Below, one piece after another: positions 23,781-32,000 of a stretch of 32,000 nt of DNA. Position numbers and translations under genes: made by a program. Under the pieces are notes generated by a model. That model ran no database searches, had not been told where the DNA came from, and worked only from the letters and a program-made list of their open reading frames with translations. Origin of the DNA: Thermoproteota archaeon. GTDB lineage: Archaea > Thermoproteota > Nitrososphaeria > Nitrososphaerales > Nitrosopumilaceae. The stretch covers positions 422,490-454,489 of the forward strand of contig QQVN01000003.1 of the NCBI GenBank assembly GCA_003352285.1, in the 5' to 3' direction. Numbering within the stretch: the stretch's first letter is position 1; each line of letters starts with the position of its first letter.

Positions 23781-24744
23781 TTTCTTTTATCATTTCAAAA
23801 TCTTTCTCAGAAGGATTTCCGTTCATAGTCAAGTACCCTGATGTGATAATTCCATTTGCACCGCTTTGAAGTAGTTCTTTTCCTGAATCTGACAGTTTGG
23901 TTTCTCTTCCTCCTGATATTTTGATAATGGAAGTTGGCAACATAAAGCGCACTAGACTAAAAATTCTTACAATCTCGGAAATTGGTAAAGGAGTTTGTAA
24001 TTCCAGTGGTGTGCCCGGAAATGGGACAAGTATGTTGATGGTTACTTCTTCTGGTTTTAATCGTGACAGTTCAATTGCTAACTCTAATCTCTGTTCACGA
24101 GTTTCACCCATTCCAATTATGCCTCCAGTACATAATTCTAGCCCTGCATTACGAGCAATCTCCAGGGTTTCCAATCTGTCATCGTATGTATGAGTAGTAC
24201 ATATTTCAGAAAATTTAGATCTTGCAGTCTCTAAGTTGTGGTTGTATCTTTTTACATTGAGTCCTTTTAATCTACTAGCTTGTTTTTGAGTTAAAAATCC
24301 CAGACTACATTCAATTGAAATTCCAACAGTATTGTTAATCTGTTCAATTATGTCACAAACTTTTTCAAAATCATTTTTTGAGGGTTCCCTCCAAGCGGCA
24401 ACTAAACAATATGATTCTGCTCCTTCATCTTTTGCTTTCTTTGCTTTCGAGACTATTTCTTGTGCAGGTGGTAGTTGATATGTTTCGATTCCTGTATTAT
24501 AAAATGCAGATTGTGAACAAAAATTGCAATCTTCACTGCATGCGTTTTTTTTAATATTGTTTAGTTGTTCAACATCTACTTTACTACCGTTAAACTCTCT
24601 TGTAATCTCATTTGCAGATTTTGCCAAAAATTTAAGGCTATCATCTGATATGTTAATCAACGTTCTAGCTTCATCTGTACTAATTCCAATGCCTGAGAAT
24701 ACATTTTCTTTACAGTAATTGATGAATTCTTGTTCCTGAAGCAT
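23764..24744 (-). CDS. bioB: biotin synthase (radical SAM)
   Basis: CSEDCNFCSQS (CxxxCxxC), then YNHNLET and the C-terminal layout typical of BioB. Confidence 0.9.
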   Translation of the reverse strand: MLQEQEFINYCKENVFSGIGISTDEARTLINISDDSLKFLAKSANEITREFNGSKVDVEQLNNIKKNACSEDCNFCSQSAFYNTGIETYQLPPAQEIVSKAKKAKDEGAESYCLVAAWREPSKNDFEKVCDIIEQINNTVGISIECSLGFLTQKQASRLKGLNVKRYNHNLETARSKFSEICTTHTYDDRLETLEIARNAGLELCTGGIIGMGETREQRLELAIELSRLKPEEVTINILVPFPGTPLELQTPLPISEIVRIFSLVRFMLPTSIIKISGGRETKLSDSGKELLQSGANGIITSGYLTMNGNPSEKDFEMIKEIGLEA

Positions 24745-24784
24745 GATGTTTTTTAAAAAATTAGATTAATTAAGATTTCCAAAA

Positions 24785-24815
24785 TGTTAACCTGTTAAGA
24801 CTTGCTGGGTTTACA
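24785..24815. promoter_or_regulatory. BirA-box (bioO-like) operator 2: TGTTAACC-N15-GGTTTACA
   Basis: Perfect match to the inverted half-site pattern TGTWAACC-N14-16-GGTTWACA. It lies 41-71 nt upstream of the bioB ATG and overlaps the bioA stop codon. Confidence 0.6.
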
Positions 24816-26136
24816 TTGATTTTTTGAATTTTACCTTCTTTATTGTAGATACAGTTCTATCTAGTAATGTTGTTAAATTATTTTCTGAGATTGCAAGTGG
24901 AGGTACAATCATGACTATGTTTCCAAGAGTCCTAAGATATATCCCGTTTCTTCTACCTTCATCAAAAAATAACTTATTGATGGAGGTTTTACTGGTTACG
25001 GGCGTTTTCTTTTTCTTGTTACTGACAAGCTCAATTCCCATTAGCATTCCTTTATGTCTGACATCTCCAACAAAATCTAAATTTAACAACTCATCATAGT
25101 ATTTTTGAAAGATCTTTGATGTTTTTTTAATTTTTGATATAAGTTTATACTTTTCATATAGTTCTAAATTTTTATTTGCTACTGAAGCAGCTATTGGATT
25201 TCCAGTGTATGTATGTCCATGAAAAAGATGCTTTCTTTCATTGAATTCTCCAAGAAATGCATCATAGATCTTGTTTGAAGTTAATGTGGCTGCCATTGTC
25301 AAATATCCCCCTGTCATCATTTTTCCAAATGAAACAATGTCTGGAATGCTTTTTTGGTTTGTATATTCAACCATCGATCCTAGCCTACCAAAACCGGTTG
25401 CAATCTCATCTAGTACAAACAAAACTCCATTTTTTTTACATATTTTAGAAATTTTTTCCTGAAATCCAGTTGGGTATATGATGACTCCTCCAGCTACTTG
25501 TGCGCCACTTTCCATTATGAATGCCGCAATTTTTTCATCTACTGATAACTTTCTCTCAATTTTCTCTAAACACTCTTCTTCGTATTCTTTTTCTGAATAT
25601 TTTTTTGGTATTCTGTATGTATTCGGAACATCAAATCTTAATGAAGAAAACAACTGTGACTTGAATTTTGAAAAAAATTCTGGAACGTATCCCACTGACA
25701 TAGAACCTATTGTATCCCCGTGGTATCCGTTTACTAAGGTAGCAATTTTATTTTTATTCTTTATTTTTTTATTTATCCAATATTGAATTGATATTTTTAT
25801 TGCTATTTCCATAGCAGATGATCCATTGTCTGAGTAGAAAACTCGATTCATTCCTGGAGATATTTTTACGAGTTTCTTTGCTAGCTTTTCTGATGGCTCA
25901 TTTGTTAAATTAAACATAGGAGAGTGCTGAATTCTGTTTGTTTGTGTGGTCATCGCGTTGATCAATTCTTTCTTTGAATGTCCCCATACATTACACCACA
26001 TTGACGAAACTCCGTCTATCATTTTTTTACCTTCATTATCTATTAGGTAAACTCCTTTTCCGCGTACTATTTTTGGAAAATTCTTCCATTCTGACATCTG
26101 TGTGTTAGGGTGCCAAACTGAACTGTTTTCTATCAT
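24811..26136 (-). CDS. bioA: adenosylmethionine-8-amino-7-oxononanoate aminotransferase
   Basis: Class-III aminotransferase: WHP...YHGDT...DEIATGFGRLG...SFGKMMTGGY. bio-locus context. Confidence 0.88.
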   Translation of the reverse strand: MIENSSVWHPNTQMSEWKNFPKIVRGKGVYLIDNEGKKMIDGVSSMWCNVWGHSKKELINAMTTQTNRIQHSPMFNLTNEPSEKLAKKLVKISPGMNRVFYSDNGSSAMEIAIKISIQYWINKKIKNKNKIATLVNGYHGDTIGSMSVGYVPEFFSKFKSQLFSSLRFDVPNTYRIPKKYSEKEYEEECLEKIERKLSVDEKIAAFIMESGAQVAGGVIIYPTGFQEKISKICKKNGVLFVLDEIATGFGRLGSMVEYTNQKSIPDIVSFGKMMTGGYLTMAATLTSNKIYDAFLGEFNERKHLFHGHTYTGNPIAASVANKNLELYEKYKLISKIKKTSKIFQKYYDELLNLDFVGDVRHKGMLMGIELVSNKKKKTPVTSKTSINKLFFDEGRRNGIYLRTLGNIVMIVPPLAISENNLTTLLDRTVSTIKKVKFKKSM

Positions 26137-26137
26137 T

Positions 26138-26167
26138 TGTTAACCTAGAATATTTTTCGGGTTAATA
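26138..26167. promoter_or_regulatory. BirA-box (bioO-like) operator 1: TGTTAACC-N14-GGTTAATA
   Basis: 15/16 match to TGTWAACC-N14-16-GGTTWACA. It begins 2 nt upstream of the bioA ATG, in the divergent region facing the bioD-containing unit. Confidence 0.55.
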
Positions 26168-26256
26168 ATTCTAAATTTGACCTCATCTATTCGTGTGTGA
26201 AATGCTATGTTTCCGTCTAGCTTTTATAGCTAAATTGCTAATTATATGTATAAAAT

Positions 26257-26346
26257 ATGAAAAAATTCAAGCATTCTAATTTAGATTTAGAACTTGCAAA
26301 ATTGCGTTCTGAAAAAGAAAAATTAAAGAAAAAAGTAGACGAGTAA
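26257..26346 (+). CDS. possible 29-aa charged coiled-coil micro-ORF (not in ORF track)
   Basis: MKKFKHSNLDLELAKLRSEKEKLKKKVDE*. TTTTATAG lies about 30 nt upstream of the ATG. A hairpin plus T7 follows the stop. Confidence 0.25.
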   Translation: MKKFKHSNLDLELAKLRSEKEKLKKKVDE

Positions 26347-26363
26347 TCGTCTCGTATTTTTTT
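26337..26363 (+). terminator. hairpin (AGACGA-GTAA-TCGTCT) followed by T7 run
   Basis: 6-bp stem 26337-26342 / 26347-26352 with a GTAA loop, then the T-run at 26357-26363. Oligo-T is the accepted archaeal termination signal. Confidence 0.45.
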
Positions 26364-26400
26364 ACATAACATATTAAAATTAAATTTATTCTCAATATTT

Positions 26401-26814
26401 ATGAGCAATATTTGGTTAGGCTCAATTTTCATAAAAAATGAAGGTGGCTATGAAATCCTTATTCGATCACTAAAACATTATAAAAAAAGACTAAGAAACA
26501 TAGCCTCAACCCCTGAACTTCAAGATGCTCCAATGTTTAGGCAAGTTGTTGAACAAGAAGCGATGAAAACATATCCTCACATTGATGTACTTATAAAAAA
26601 AATTAATCAAAGCTTGACCAATAACGAGAAGTTACACGATTTAAAACATGATATTCCTTTACTTGAAAAATCCCTCGGCAGTTATTTTTCAGATCTTCAA
26701 AAATCAACTAAAAATAAAAATGATTATTATTCAAACTTGATTGTGGATGTAGATTCCTCAGAGGAATTAAATAAAGTAAAAAATGCGCTTGAAAAAATTA
26801 AAGAATTTGAATAA
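26401..26814 (+). CDS. hypothetical helical protein upstream of bioD
   Basis: 137-codon ORF with an ATG start, 32 nt upstream of bioD on the same strand. No motif recognised. Confidence 0.5.
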   Translation: MSNIWLGSIFIKNEGGYEILIRSLKHYKKRLRNIASTPELQDAPMFRQVVEQEAMKTYPHIDVLIKKINQSLTNNEKLHDLKHDIPLLEKSLGSYFSDLQKSTKNKNDYYSNLIVDVDSSEELNKVKNALEKIKEFE

Positions 26815-26846
26815 ACATTAATCAATTACATTTAGTGTATTGCTGT

Positions 26847-27527
26847 ATGAAATCATATTTTTTTACTGGTACTGACACTGATGTTGGCAAAACTGTAATT
26901 ACTGCTGGTTTTGCTAGGGCATTTTCAAATCGTGGTTTTGATATTGGTGTAATGAAGCCTTTTGCAGCTGGAAAAATACATAACTCAAAATTTCAATCAG
27001 AAGATGCTGAATTACTTGCAAAAGCTGCCAAAGTTAGAGATCCTGAGGAATTAATTAATCCGCAGTTTTTTCCTATTCCTGCTTCTCCATACACTGCATC
27101 TTTGAATCTGAATGTAAATGTAAATTTGGAATTGATACATAGTAAATTTAAGGAATTAATGAAAATGCATGATTATCTTCTCGTTGAAGGAATGGGAGGA
27201 ATTATGACCCCGATTCTTCAAAATTATTATGTTGCAGATTTAATTCGTGATTTTAATTTAAGCACGATTATTGTTACTAGGACAAAAATCGGAACAATTA
27301 ATCATTCTATAATGACAATAGACAAATGCAAAAATTATGGTCTTGACATCAAAGGAATCATAATCAATAATTTTGATTATGATGGATATCCTACTTCTGA
27401 ACTAAAAAGAGATCTTGAAAGTTTAACTGATGTTTCTGTTTTGGGTATAATTCCAAAGTTTGACACATTAGATATTGAATCTGTTTCAAAATATGTATCT
27501 GATAATTTTGATCTTTCTAAATTTTAA
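26847..27527 (+). CDS. bioD: dethiobiotin synthetase
   Basis: FFTGTDTDVGKTVITAG (P-loop), LLVEGMGG, IINN. I prefer the ATG at 26847 over the track's GTG at 26835. Confidence 0.85.
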   Translation: MKSYFFTGTDTDVGKTVITAGFARAFSNRGFDIGVMKPFAAGKIHNSKFQSEDAELLAKAAKVRDPEELINPQFFPIPASPYTASLNLNVNVNLELIHSKFKELMKMHDYLLVEGMGGIMTPILQNYYVADLIRDFNLSTIIVTRTKIGTINHSIMTIDKCKNYGLDIKGIIINNFDYDGYPTSELKRDLESLTDVSVLGIIPKFDTLDIESVSKYVSDNFDLSKF

Positions 27528-28072
27528 TTCTTTAAAATTTTCAGTTGATTTGAACTGTGAGTTTCTGTAAATTTTTTAATTTCTTTAATGATATTAAATA
27601 ACGTATTATCCTCAATACTGAATACCTTACAATTAAGATTCTTCTTTTTGTATAGTAAAAACCAGATATTTTCATTGATAGGTTGTATTCTTTGTAGATC
27701 ATGTAATCTTTTTTCAAGATTAGATGGGGTCTGATTAGTCGGTATGTCGATTATTAGAGTATGGTTGGTTTCATTCTTTAATTTCTTTAAATTTGGAATA
27801 ATAATGTCTATTTCAATTCCTTCGTGAATTATCTTTCTCTGACTGGGGAGAAGTAGTGTAGTAAGAAAATAGTGCATCATAACAGTGATTAAGACACTCA
27901 TTTTTTCATCATCATTTATTTTTAATTCGATGAATTTTGAATTCAATTCATCTACAACTTGTGAAATCACATTTTGACTATTTTTCTGTAATTCATTAAC
28001 TATCTTTTCTTCTCCAAAGTTTTTTACCCATTCATAAAAATTTTCTTTTATGATGGTGGAATTATCTTTCAT
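27524..28072 (-). CDS. hypothetical protein downstream of HMG-CoA synthase
   Basis: 182-codon ORF starting 12 nt after the HMGS stop. Its stop overlaps the convergent bioD stop. No motif recognised. Confidence 0.5.
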   Translation of the reverse strand: MKDNSTIIKENFYEWVKNFGEEKIVNELQKNSQNVISQVVDELNSKFIELKINDDEKMSVLITVMMHYFLTTLLLPSQRKIIHEGIEIDIIIPNLKKLKNETNHTLIIDIPTNQTPSNLEKRLHDLQRIQPINENIWFLLYKKKNLNCKVFSIEDNTLFNIIKEIKKFTETHSSNQLKILKN

Positions 28073-28084
28073 CCTGATGAATGA

Positions 28085-29476
28085 TTATTCATTGAATATG
28101 TATCTACGTTCTCCAGAGCCAACTGATGAATTGACCTCTGTTAGTACAAATTCTTTCTTAGGTTGTAACATTGAATCTGCAACTCCAAGTTTATTTTCAT
28201 GAAGAGCTTCGTATTCTTCAATTGTAAGTTTCTTTCTTGGTCCTATTTCAGATTCCAAATTCATATCTTTAACAATCTCTTCAAACTCTTCTTGAATGAC
28301 TCCAGAAAATACCATTGCACTACTTCCTGAACCGTATGAACCAAATCCTACTCTTTTACCCGATAGAGGAGTTCCTTTCTGATATTCAAATTCTAAACTA
28401 CTTCTAAAACCAAGATATAGAGATGCAGTATAGAGATTTCCAATCATAGTTGATGCAATTAATGAACTGGCTAATTTTGATTCATAGACTTCTTGGTATT
28501 CTTCCGTTTTAGTAAACATCTTGGTAAATTCATGATCTTTTTCCATAAATTCTTGGTCTCCCAAAACCGATTCAATTGTTCCTCTTGGATCTTTTGGAAT
28601 TGGTTCGGACATGCCGATTTTTTCAATTATCTTTTTCCACCTAGGTAAAGTTCTCCATTCATGTCTAACAAGATATGCTAACGCTTTCTTTCCCATGTTT
28701 GCATAAGGTAAATGCATGTTAAGGAAGTCAATATGATCTAAAATTGTTTCATCATCTCTTAATTTTATTATGCCTGTGCTAATGGCCTTTTTCTTGTAAG
28801 CTTCTAATGCTTTTCTAACTTGAATTAAGTAAAGCAGATTGGAATACTGTCCGTGTACAATCGGTGTTTCTTTTCCAAAAGGTCTGTAGAAATCATACTC
28901 ATCCTTGATTGAAGTTGACGTAACTTTAGGATCAAATGCAAGAAGTCTAGGAGTATCATTTAACAACATTGCTACAGAGCCTGCACCTTGTGTCATCTCT
29001 CCAGATGAACCTAAATCGTATTTTGCAATGTCAGACACTACCACTAACGCATGTTTTCCTTCTGCTTCGCCCGCTCTTATCCAATTTGTATTATCATATA
29101 ACGCATAAGATCCGCTAACACAAGCAAATTTTGTTTCAACTCCTCCACAATGCTCAAAGGCTCCTTGACCATAAACCTGTTCTAGCATTCCTATGACGTA
29201 GGAATTCATTGCTTTGGATTCATCAAACGATGATTCTGTTGATACGTATAATCTACCAATGTCTTCTGGTGATAGTTTGTTTCTCTGCATAATTCTAAGA
29301 CATGCATTTGCAGCTAAGCAAGCTGGGTCTTGATTAGTATCTACAATCGCCATCTGTGAAACTCCTAATCCTTTTTGTAATTTGGCTGGGTCCAATCCTC
29401 TACCCCGTGCAAAATCTGCTGCATCCACGTACAGCCTAGGTATGTAGATGGCAATGTCATCAATTCCTGCTGCCAT
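28085..29476 (-). CDS. hydroxymethylglutaryl-CoA synthase (long, 463 aa form)
   Basis: IDDIAIYIPRLYVDAADFARGRGLDPAKLQKGLGV, catalytic-Cys context KFACVSGSYAL, MHLPYANMGKK, GFGSYGSGSSA. Confidence 0.87.
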   Translation of the reverse strand: MAAGIDDIAIYIPRLYVDAADFARGRGLDPAKLQKGLGVSQMAIVDTNQDPACLAANACLRIMQRNKLSPEDIGRLYVSTESSFDESKAMNSYVIGMLEQVYGQGAFEHCGGVETKFACVSGSYALYDNTNWIRAGEAEGKHALVVVSDIAKYDLGSSGEMTQGAGSVAMLLNDTPRLLAFDPKVTSTSIKDEYDFYRPFGKETPIVHGQYSNLLYLIQVRKALEAYKKKAISTGIIKLRDDETILDHIDFLNMHLPYANMGKKALAYLVRHEWRTLPRWKKIIEKIGMSEPIPKDPRGTIESVLGDQEFMEKDHEFTKMFTKTEEYQEVYESKLASSLIASTMIGNLYTASLYLGFRSSLEFEYQKGTPLSGKRVGFGSYGSGSSAMVFSGVIQEEFEEIVKDMNLESEIGPRKKLTIEEYEALHENKLGVADSMLQPKKEFVLTEVNSSVGSGERRYIFNE

Positions 29477-29590
29477 AAGCTAGCCTCTTGGTACTTCGAA
29501 TATAAGGATATTGAGCTAAATGAAGATTACAAAATAGGTAAGTTTTGCCAAATTTTTATATTGAATTTAGTATTTTGATCGCAATTTTCT

Positions 29591-30310
29591 CTATTTTGCT
29601 AACTCTGTATCAAAAATTCTTTGAAAAACGTCATATGGTTGAGCGCCTCCGATTTTTGTTACCTTTGCATCAGGACCTATAACAAAAAATGCTGGTGTGC
29701 CTGTCAGTCCTAGTGATTTTGCGTCACTATTGCTAGAGATGATTTTTTGTTGATATTTCGCATCAAGCATACATTCACTCCATTGATCAATATCTAATTC
29801 AATCTGTGTGGCAAAATTGAGAAGATTTTCCGAACCTGCCCATCCGTTATTCTCACCATCCCAATTATTGTAAAGAATGTCATGATATTGCCAAAATTTT
29901 TCCTGTTCGTTCGCACAGTGCGCACCATGAGCTGCATTAACAGAATCTGGTCCTATAATTGTAAAATCCTTAAAGATTATCTTGACCTTTCCAGTTTCAA
30001 CATAATTCTTCAGTATATCATCTTCTGTATCATGAAAGAATTTATTACAAAAAAAGCATTGATAGTCACCAAACTCTACCATTAAAACAGGGGCATTAGG
30101 ATCACCTAGTATGGGGGACCCATTTGCAGTAAAAACCTCCATTGTAATCTCTTCATTAGACTCAGGAATATTCGCAGGGGTTAGCTCTACTTCCTGTGTG
30201 CCAATCATATTAAATGCAAAAAATGCAGCAAAAATTGAAACAGCTGCAATCCCAGCACCAATCCCTAGCGAAGGACCATGTAACACAAATTTTTCTGTTT
30301 TTGGATACAT
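29591..30310 (-). CDS. membrane-anchored DsbA-like thiol:disulfide oxidoreductase
   Basis: N-terminal TM helix. VEFGDYQCFFCNKFF (CxxC). LGLTGTPAFFV (cis-Pro loop). Confidence 0.8.
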   Translation of the reverse strand: MYPKTEKFVLHGPSLGIGAGIAAVSIFAAFFAFNMIGTQEVELTPANIPESNEEITMEVFTANGSPILGDPNAPVLMVEFGDYQCFFCNKFFHDTEDDILKNYVETGKVKIIFKDFTIIGPDSVNAAHGAHCANEQEKFWQYHDILYNNWDGENNGWAGSENLLNFATQIELDIDQWSECMLDAKYQQKIISSNSDAKSLGLTGTPAFFVIGPDAKVTKIGGAQPYDVFQRIFDTELAK

Positions 30311-30356
30311 TTAGGCTTTTGTAATGTAAATAAATGGCTAATCTTTTTCAAAATAC

Positions 30357-31406
30357 GTGAAAAAAATCTTTGTTAATGGATATGGCTCAATAGGAAGTAG
30401 AGTCACCTCTTTTATCAAAGATGACCCTGAAGTTGAAGTGATTGGGGTAGGCAAATATTCTCCTGATAAGGATGTGGAACTTGCCATTTCTAGAGGGCTG
30501 AAAGTTTTTGTCCCTGAAAAAAAAATAACTGAATTTCAAGACTTGCCAATATCTGGAACAATAGAATCTGCATTAGATGACTGTGATTTAGTCATTGATG
30601 CATCTCCAGGTGGTCATGGTTTTAAAAATAAAAAAAATCTATACGAACCAAGAAATCTTTTGGCAATTTACCAAGGAGGTGAGAGTGTATATGGTGACGA
30701 AGCTGTATCTGATTTATTATTTAACTCTCGAGCTAACTATGCAAAAGCATTTGGGAAAAAACATGTGATGCAAGGTAGCTGCAATGTAACTGGAATGGGT
30801 AGAATCTTACAACCATTAAGAGAAAAATTTGCAGACAAACTTGAAAGATTTGATGTTACTTTGATTAGGCGATGGGCAGACATTGAACAGACAGAAAAAC
30901 AAGTGATTGATACTATCGAAATGACTGAAAATCCACATCATGGTGATGATGTAAAATCATACATGGGTAAAGATACTCCATTATTCTTACGTGCAATAAA
31001 AGTTCCTACTAGACAAATGCATTTACACATACTTGATGTGAGATTCAGGGACAAAGCTCCAAAACCCTCTGAAATCCTTGAAATTTTTAAACATGAATAT
31101 GGCGTTGCAATTTTATGGACTGCAAAGGGAACTAAGGATGTTAGAGATTATGCAAGTACAATGAACTTTAATTTTCAAGATACTAACATGATTCACATTC
31201 ATGCAAACATGATGGCCTCGATTGGTGATACAGTACAAATGATGTATTCTGATGATCAAACGGGAATCGTCATTCCAGAAAACCACATGTTAATGCAAGC
31301 AATGTTATTTGAAAAACCATATGAAGATGCATTTAGTCATACTGAAAAATTATTTCACATGGACGAAAAGAAACAAAAATTAGAAGAACATTTTTCAAAA
31401 AATTAA
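30357..31406 (+). CDS. gap: type II (archaeal) glyceraldehyde-3-phosphate dehydrogenase, GTG start
   Basis: FVNGYGSIGSRV (Rossmann), active-site SCNVTGMGRIL, length about 350 aa. Confidence 0.8.
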   Translation: MKKIFVNGYGSIGSRVTSFIKDDPEVEVIGVGKYSPDKDVELAISRGLKVFVPEKKITEFQDLPISGTIESALDDCDLVIDASPGGHGFKNKKNLYEPRNLLAIYQGGESVYGDEAVSDLLFNSRANYAKAFGKKHVMQGSCNVTGMGRILQPLREKFADKLERFDVTLIRRWADIEQTEKQVIDTIEMTENPHHGDDVKSYMGKDTPLFLRAIKVPTRQMHLHILDVRFRDKAPKPSEILEIFKHEYGVAILWTAKGTKDVRDYASTMNFNFQDTNMIHIHANMMASIGDTVQMMYSDDQTGIVIPENHMLMQAMLFEKPYEDAFSHTEKLFHMDEKKQKLEEHFSKN

Positions 31407-32000
31407 TTTTTACTTTCGTCTTCAGTTGTATTTTTTTTATGAATTTTTTCCATTCTGATTCTTTCAGGAACATTTTTGTCTACTTTTTCTACCACAATTT
31501 TTACTCCTGCAATTTCTACTTTGTCTCCTTCTTTTGGAATATCATGTAATTTCTCATGCAACAACCCATTAATCGTTCCATAATCTTCCCCTTTTGGAAT
31601 CTTTATTTTGAATACCTCATTGATTTTATCAATCTCTAAATTGCTTGTGATAATTAGAGTATCTTCTCCTTCCATGTGAAAATCTTTTCCTGGTAGATGA
31701 TCTGTCTCATCCTCTATATCTCCTACAATCTCTTCAATTAGGTCCTCTAGTGTTACTAATCCTTCAACACCTCCGTGTTCATCGATTACAATTGCCATGT
31801 GTGTTTTTCTTCCTTTCATTTCTTTGAGCAATGCACTAACCATTTTTTCTTGAGATGCAAAAACTGGATCTCTGGAAATCTCTTTTAATTTGATCATCTT
31901 ATTGTCATGTTCAAATTCTTTTAGAATGTCTCTTACATGAACAAACCCTACAATATCGTCTACGGATTCACCATAAATCGGAAATCTAGAGTGGGGGCTT
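31403..32000 (-). CDS. CBS-pair + CorC/HlyC C-terminal domain transporter-associated protein, 5'-partial at window edge
   Basis: The frame stays open upstream of the track's M (31897) to the window end, reading ...SPHSRFPIYGESVDDIVGFVHVRDIL (CBS). Downstream come HMAIVIDEHGGVEGLVTLEDLIEEIVGDIEDE and a CorC_HlyC-like tail. Confidence 0.85.
   Translation of the reverse strand, partial: SPHSRFPIYGESVDDIVGFVHVRDILKEFEHDNKMIKLKEISRDPVFASQEKMVSALLKEMKGRKTHMAIVIDEHGGVEGLVTLEDLIEEIVGDIEDETDHLPGKDFHMEGEDTLIITSNLEIDKINEVFKIKIPKGEDYGTINGLLHEKLHDIPKEGDKVEIAGVKIVVEKVDKNVPERIRMEKIHKKNTTEDESKN

Noticed and set aside
27526-27547. AAATTTTAA-TTCT-TTAAAATTT palindrome at the bioD/orf182 convergent junction as a bidirectional terminator
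   Set aside because: It is pure A/T sequence inside the 3' coding end of orf182, so such palindromes are expected by chance in AT-rich DNA. It has no similarity to the A/B/C family.
17744-30314. Remaining track ORFs antisense to psmA, the nuclease-like ORF, cdvB, the Trx/ccdA pair, bioF/B/A, HMGS and dsbA (for example 21844..22056, 22210..22506, 23897..24193, 24824..25099, 25478..25786, 26238..26432, 28905..29108, 29882..30085, 30111..30314)
   Set aside because: All lie inside, or in the case of 26238..26432 between, better-supported genes on the opposite strand. Their products are low-complexity or hydrophobic strings typical of shadow frames.

Overview
AT-rich archaeal chromosomal window of tightly packed, mostly housekeeping genes. 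The gene content is an ESCRT-III/CdvB homologue, eS4, RNase P Rpp29 inside the r-protein operon, type II GAPDH, proteasome alpha and TATA boxes about 25-35 nt from start codons. Together with the composition this suggests a Nitrosopumilus-like thaumarchaeon; that is inference, as no search was run. Order of content: purF (5'-partial), small ORFs and purC; an ArsR regulator with a PPOX-class protein; a 2.8-kb patch of small hypothetical, membrane and very basic proteins ending at tRNA-Asn. Then a 16-cistron minus-strand ribosomal protein operon (uL3 to uL6), including a uS14 gene too short for the ORF track. Then a SPOUT methyltransferase, proteasome alpha, cdvB, a split CcdA/DipZ-like thiol-reductase pair, a biotin locus (bioA-bioB-bioF, divergent bioD), HMG-CoA synthase, a DsbA-like protein, GAPDH and a CBS/CorC transporter (5'-partial). 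I found no rRNA, CRISPR array, transposase, integrase or recognisable defence system. The best leads are regulatory or structural. (1) Two BirA-box (bioO-like) inverted repeats lie in the bio locus. (2) A 26-30 nt palindromic element occurs three times, always just past a gene or tRNA 3' end. (3) The r-protein operon lacks uL2 and stops after uL6 with an unknown 95-aa cistron. (4) A GC-rich gene encodes a repetitive Lys/Arg/Ala protein. (5) A 580-bp stretch has ambiguous coding potential next to a PD-(D/E)xK-like ORF. All family calls rest on motifs read by eye.
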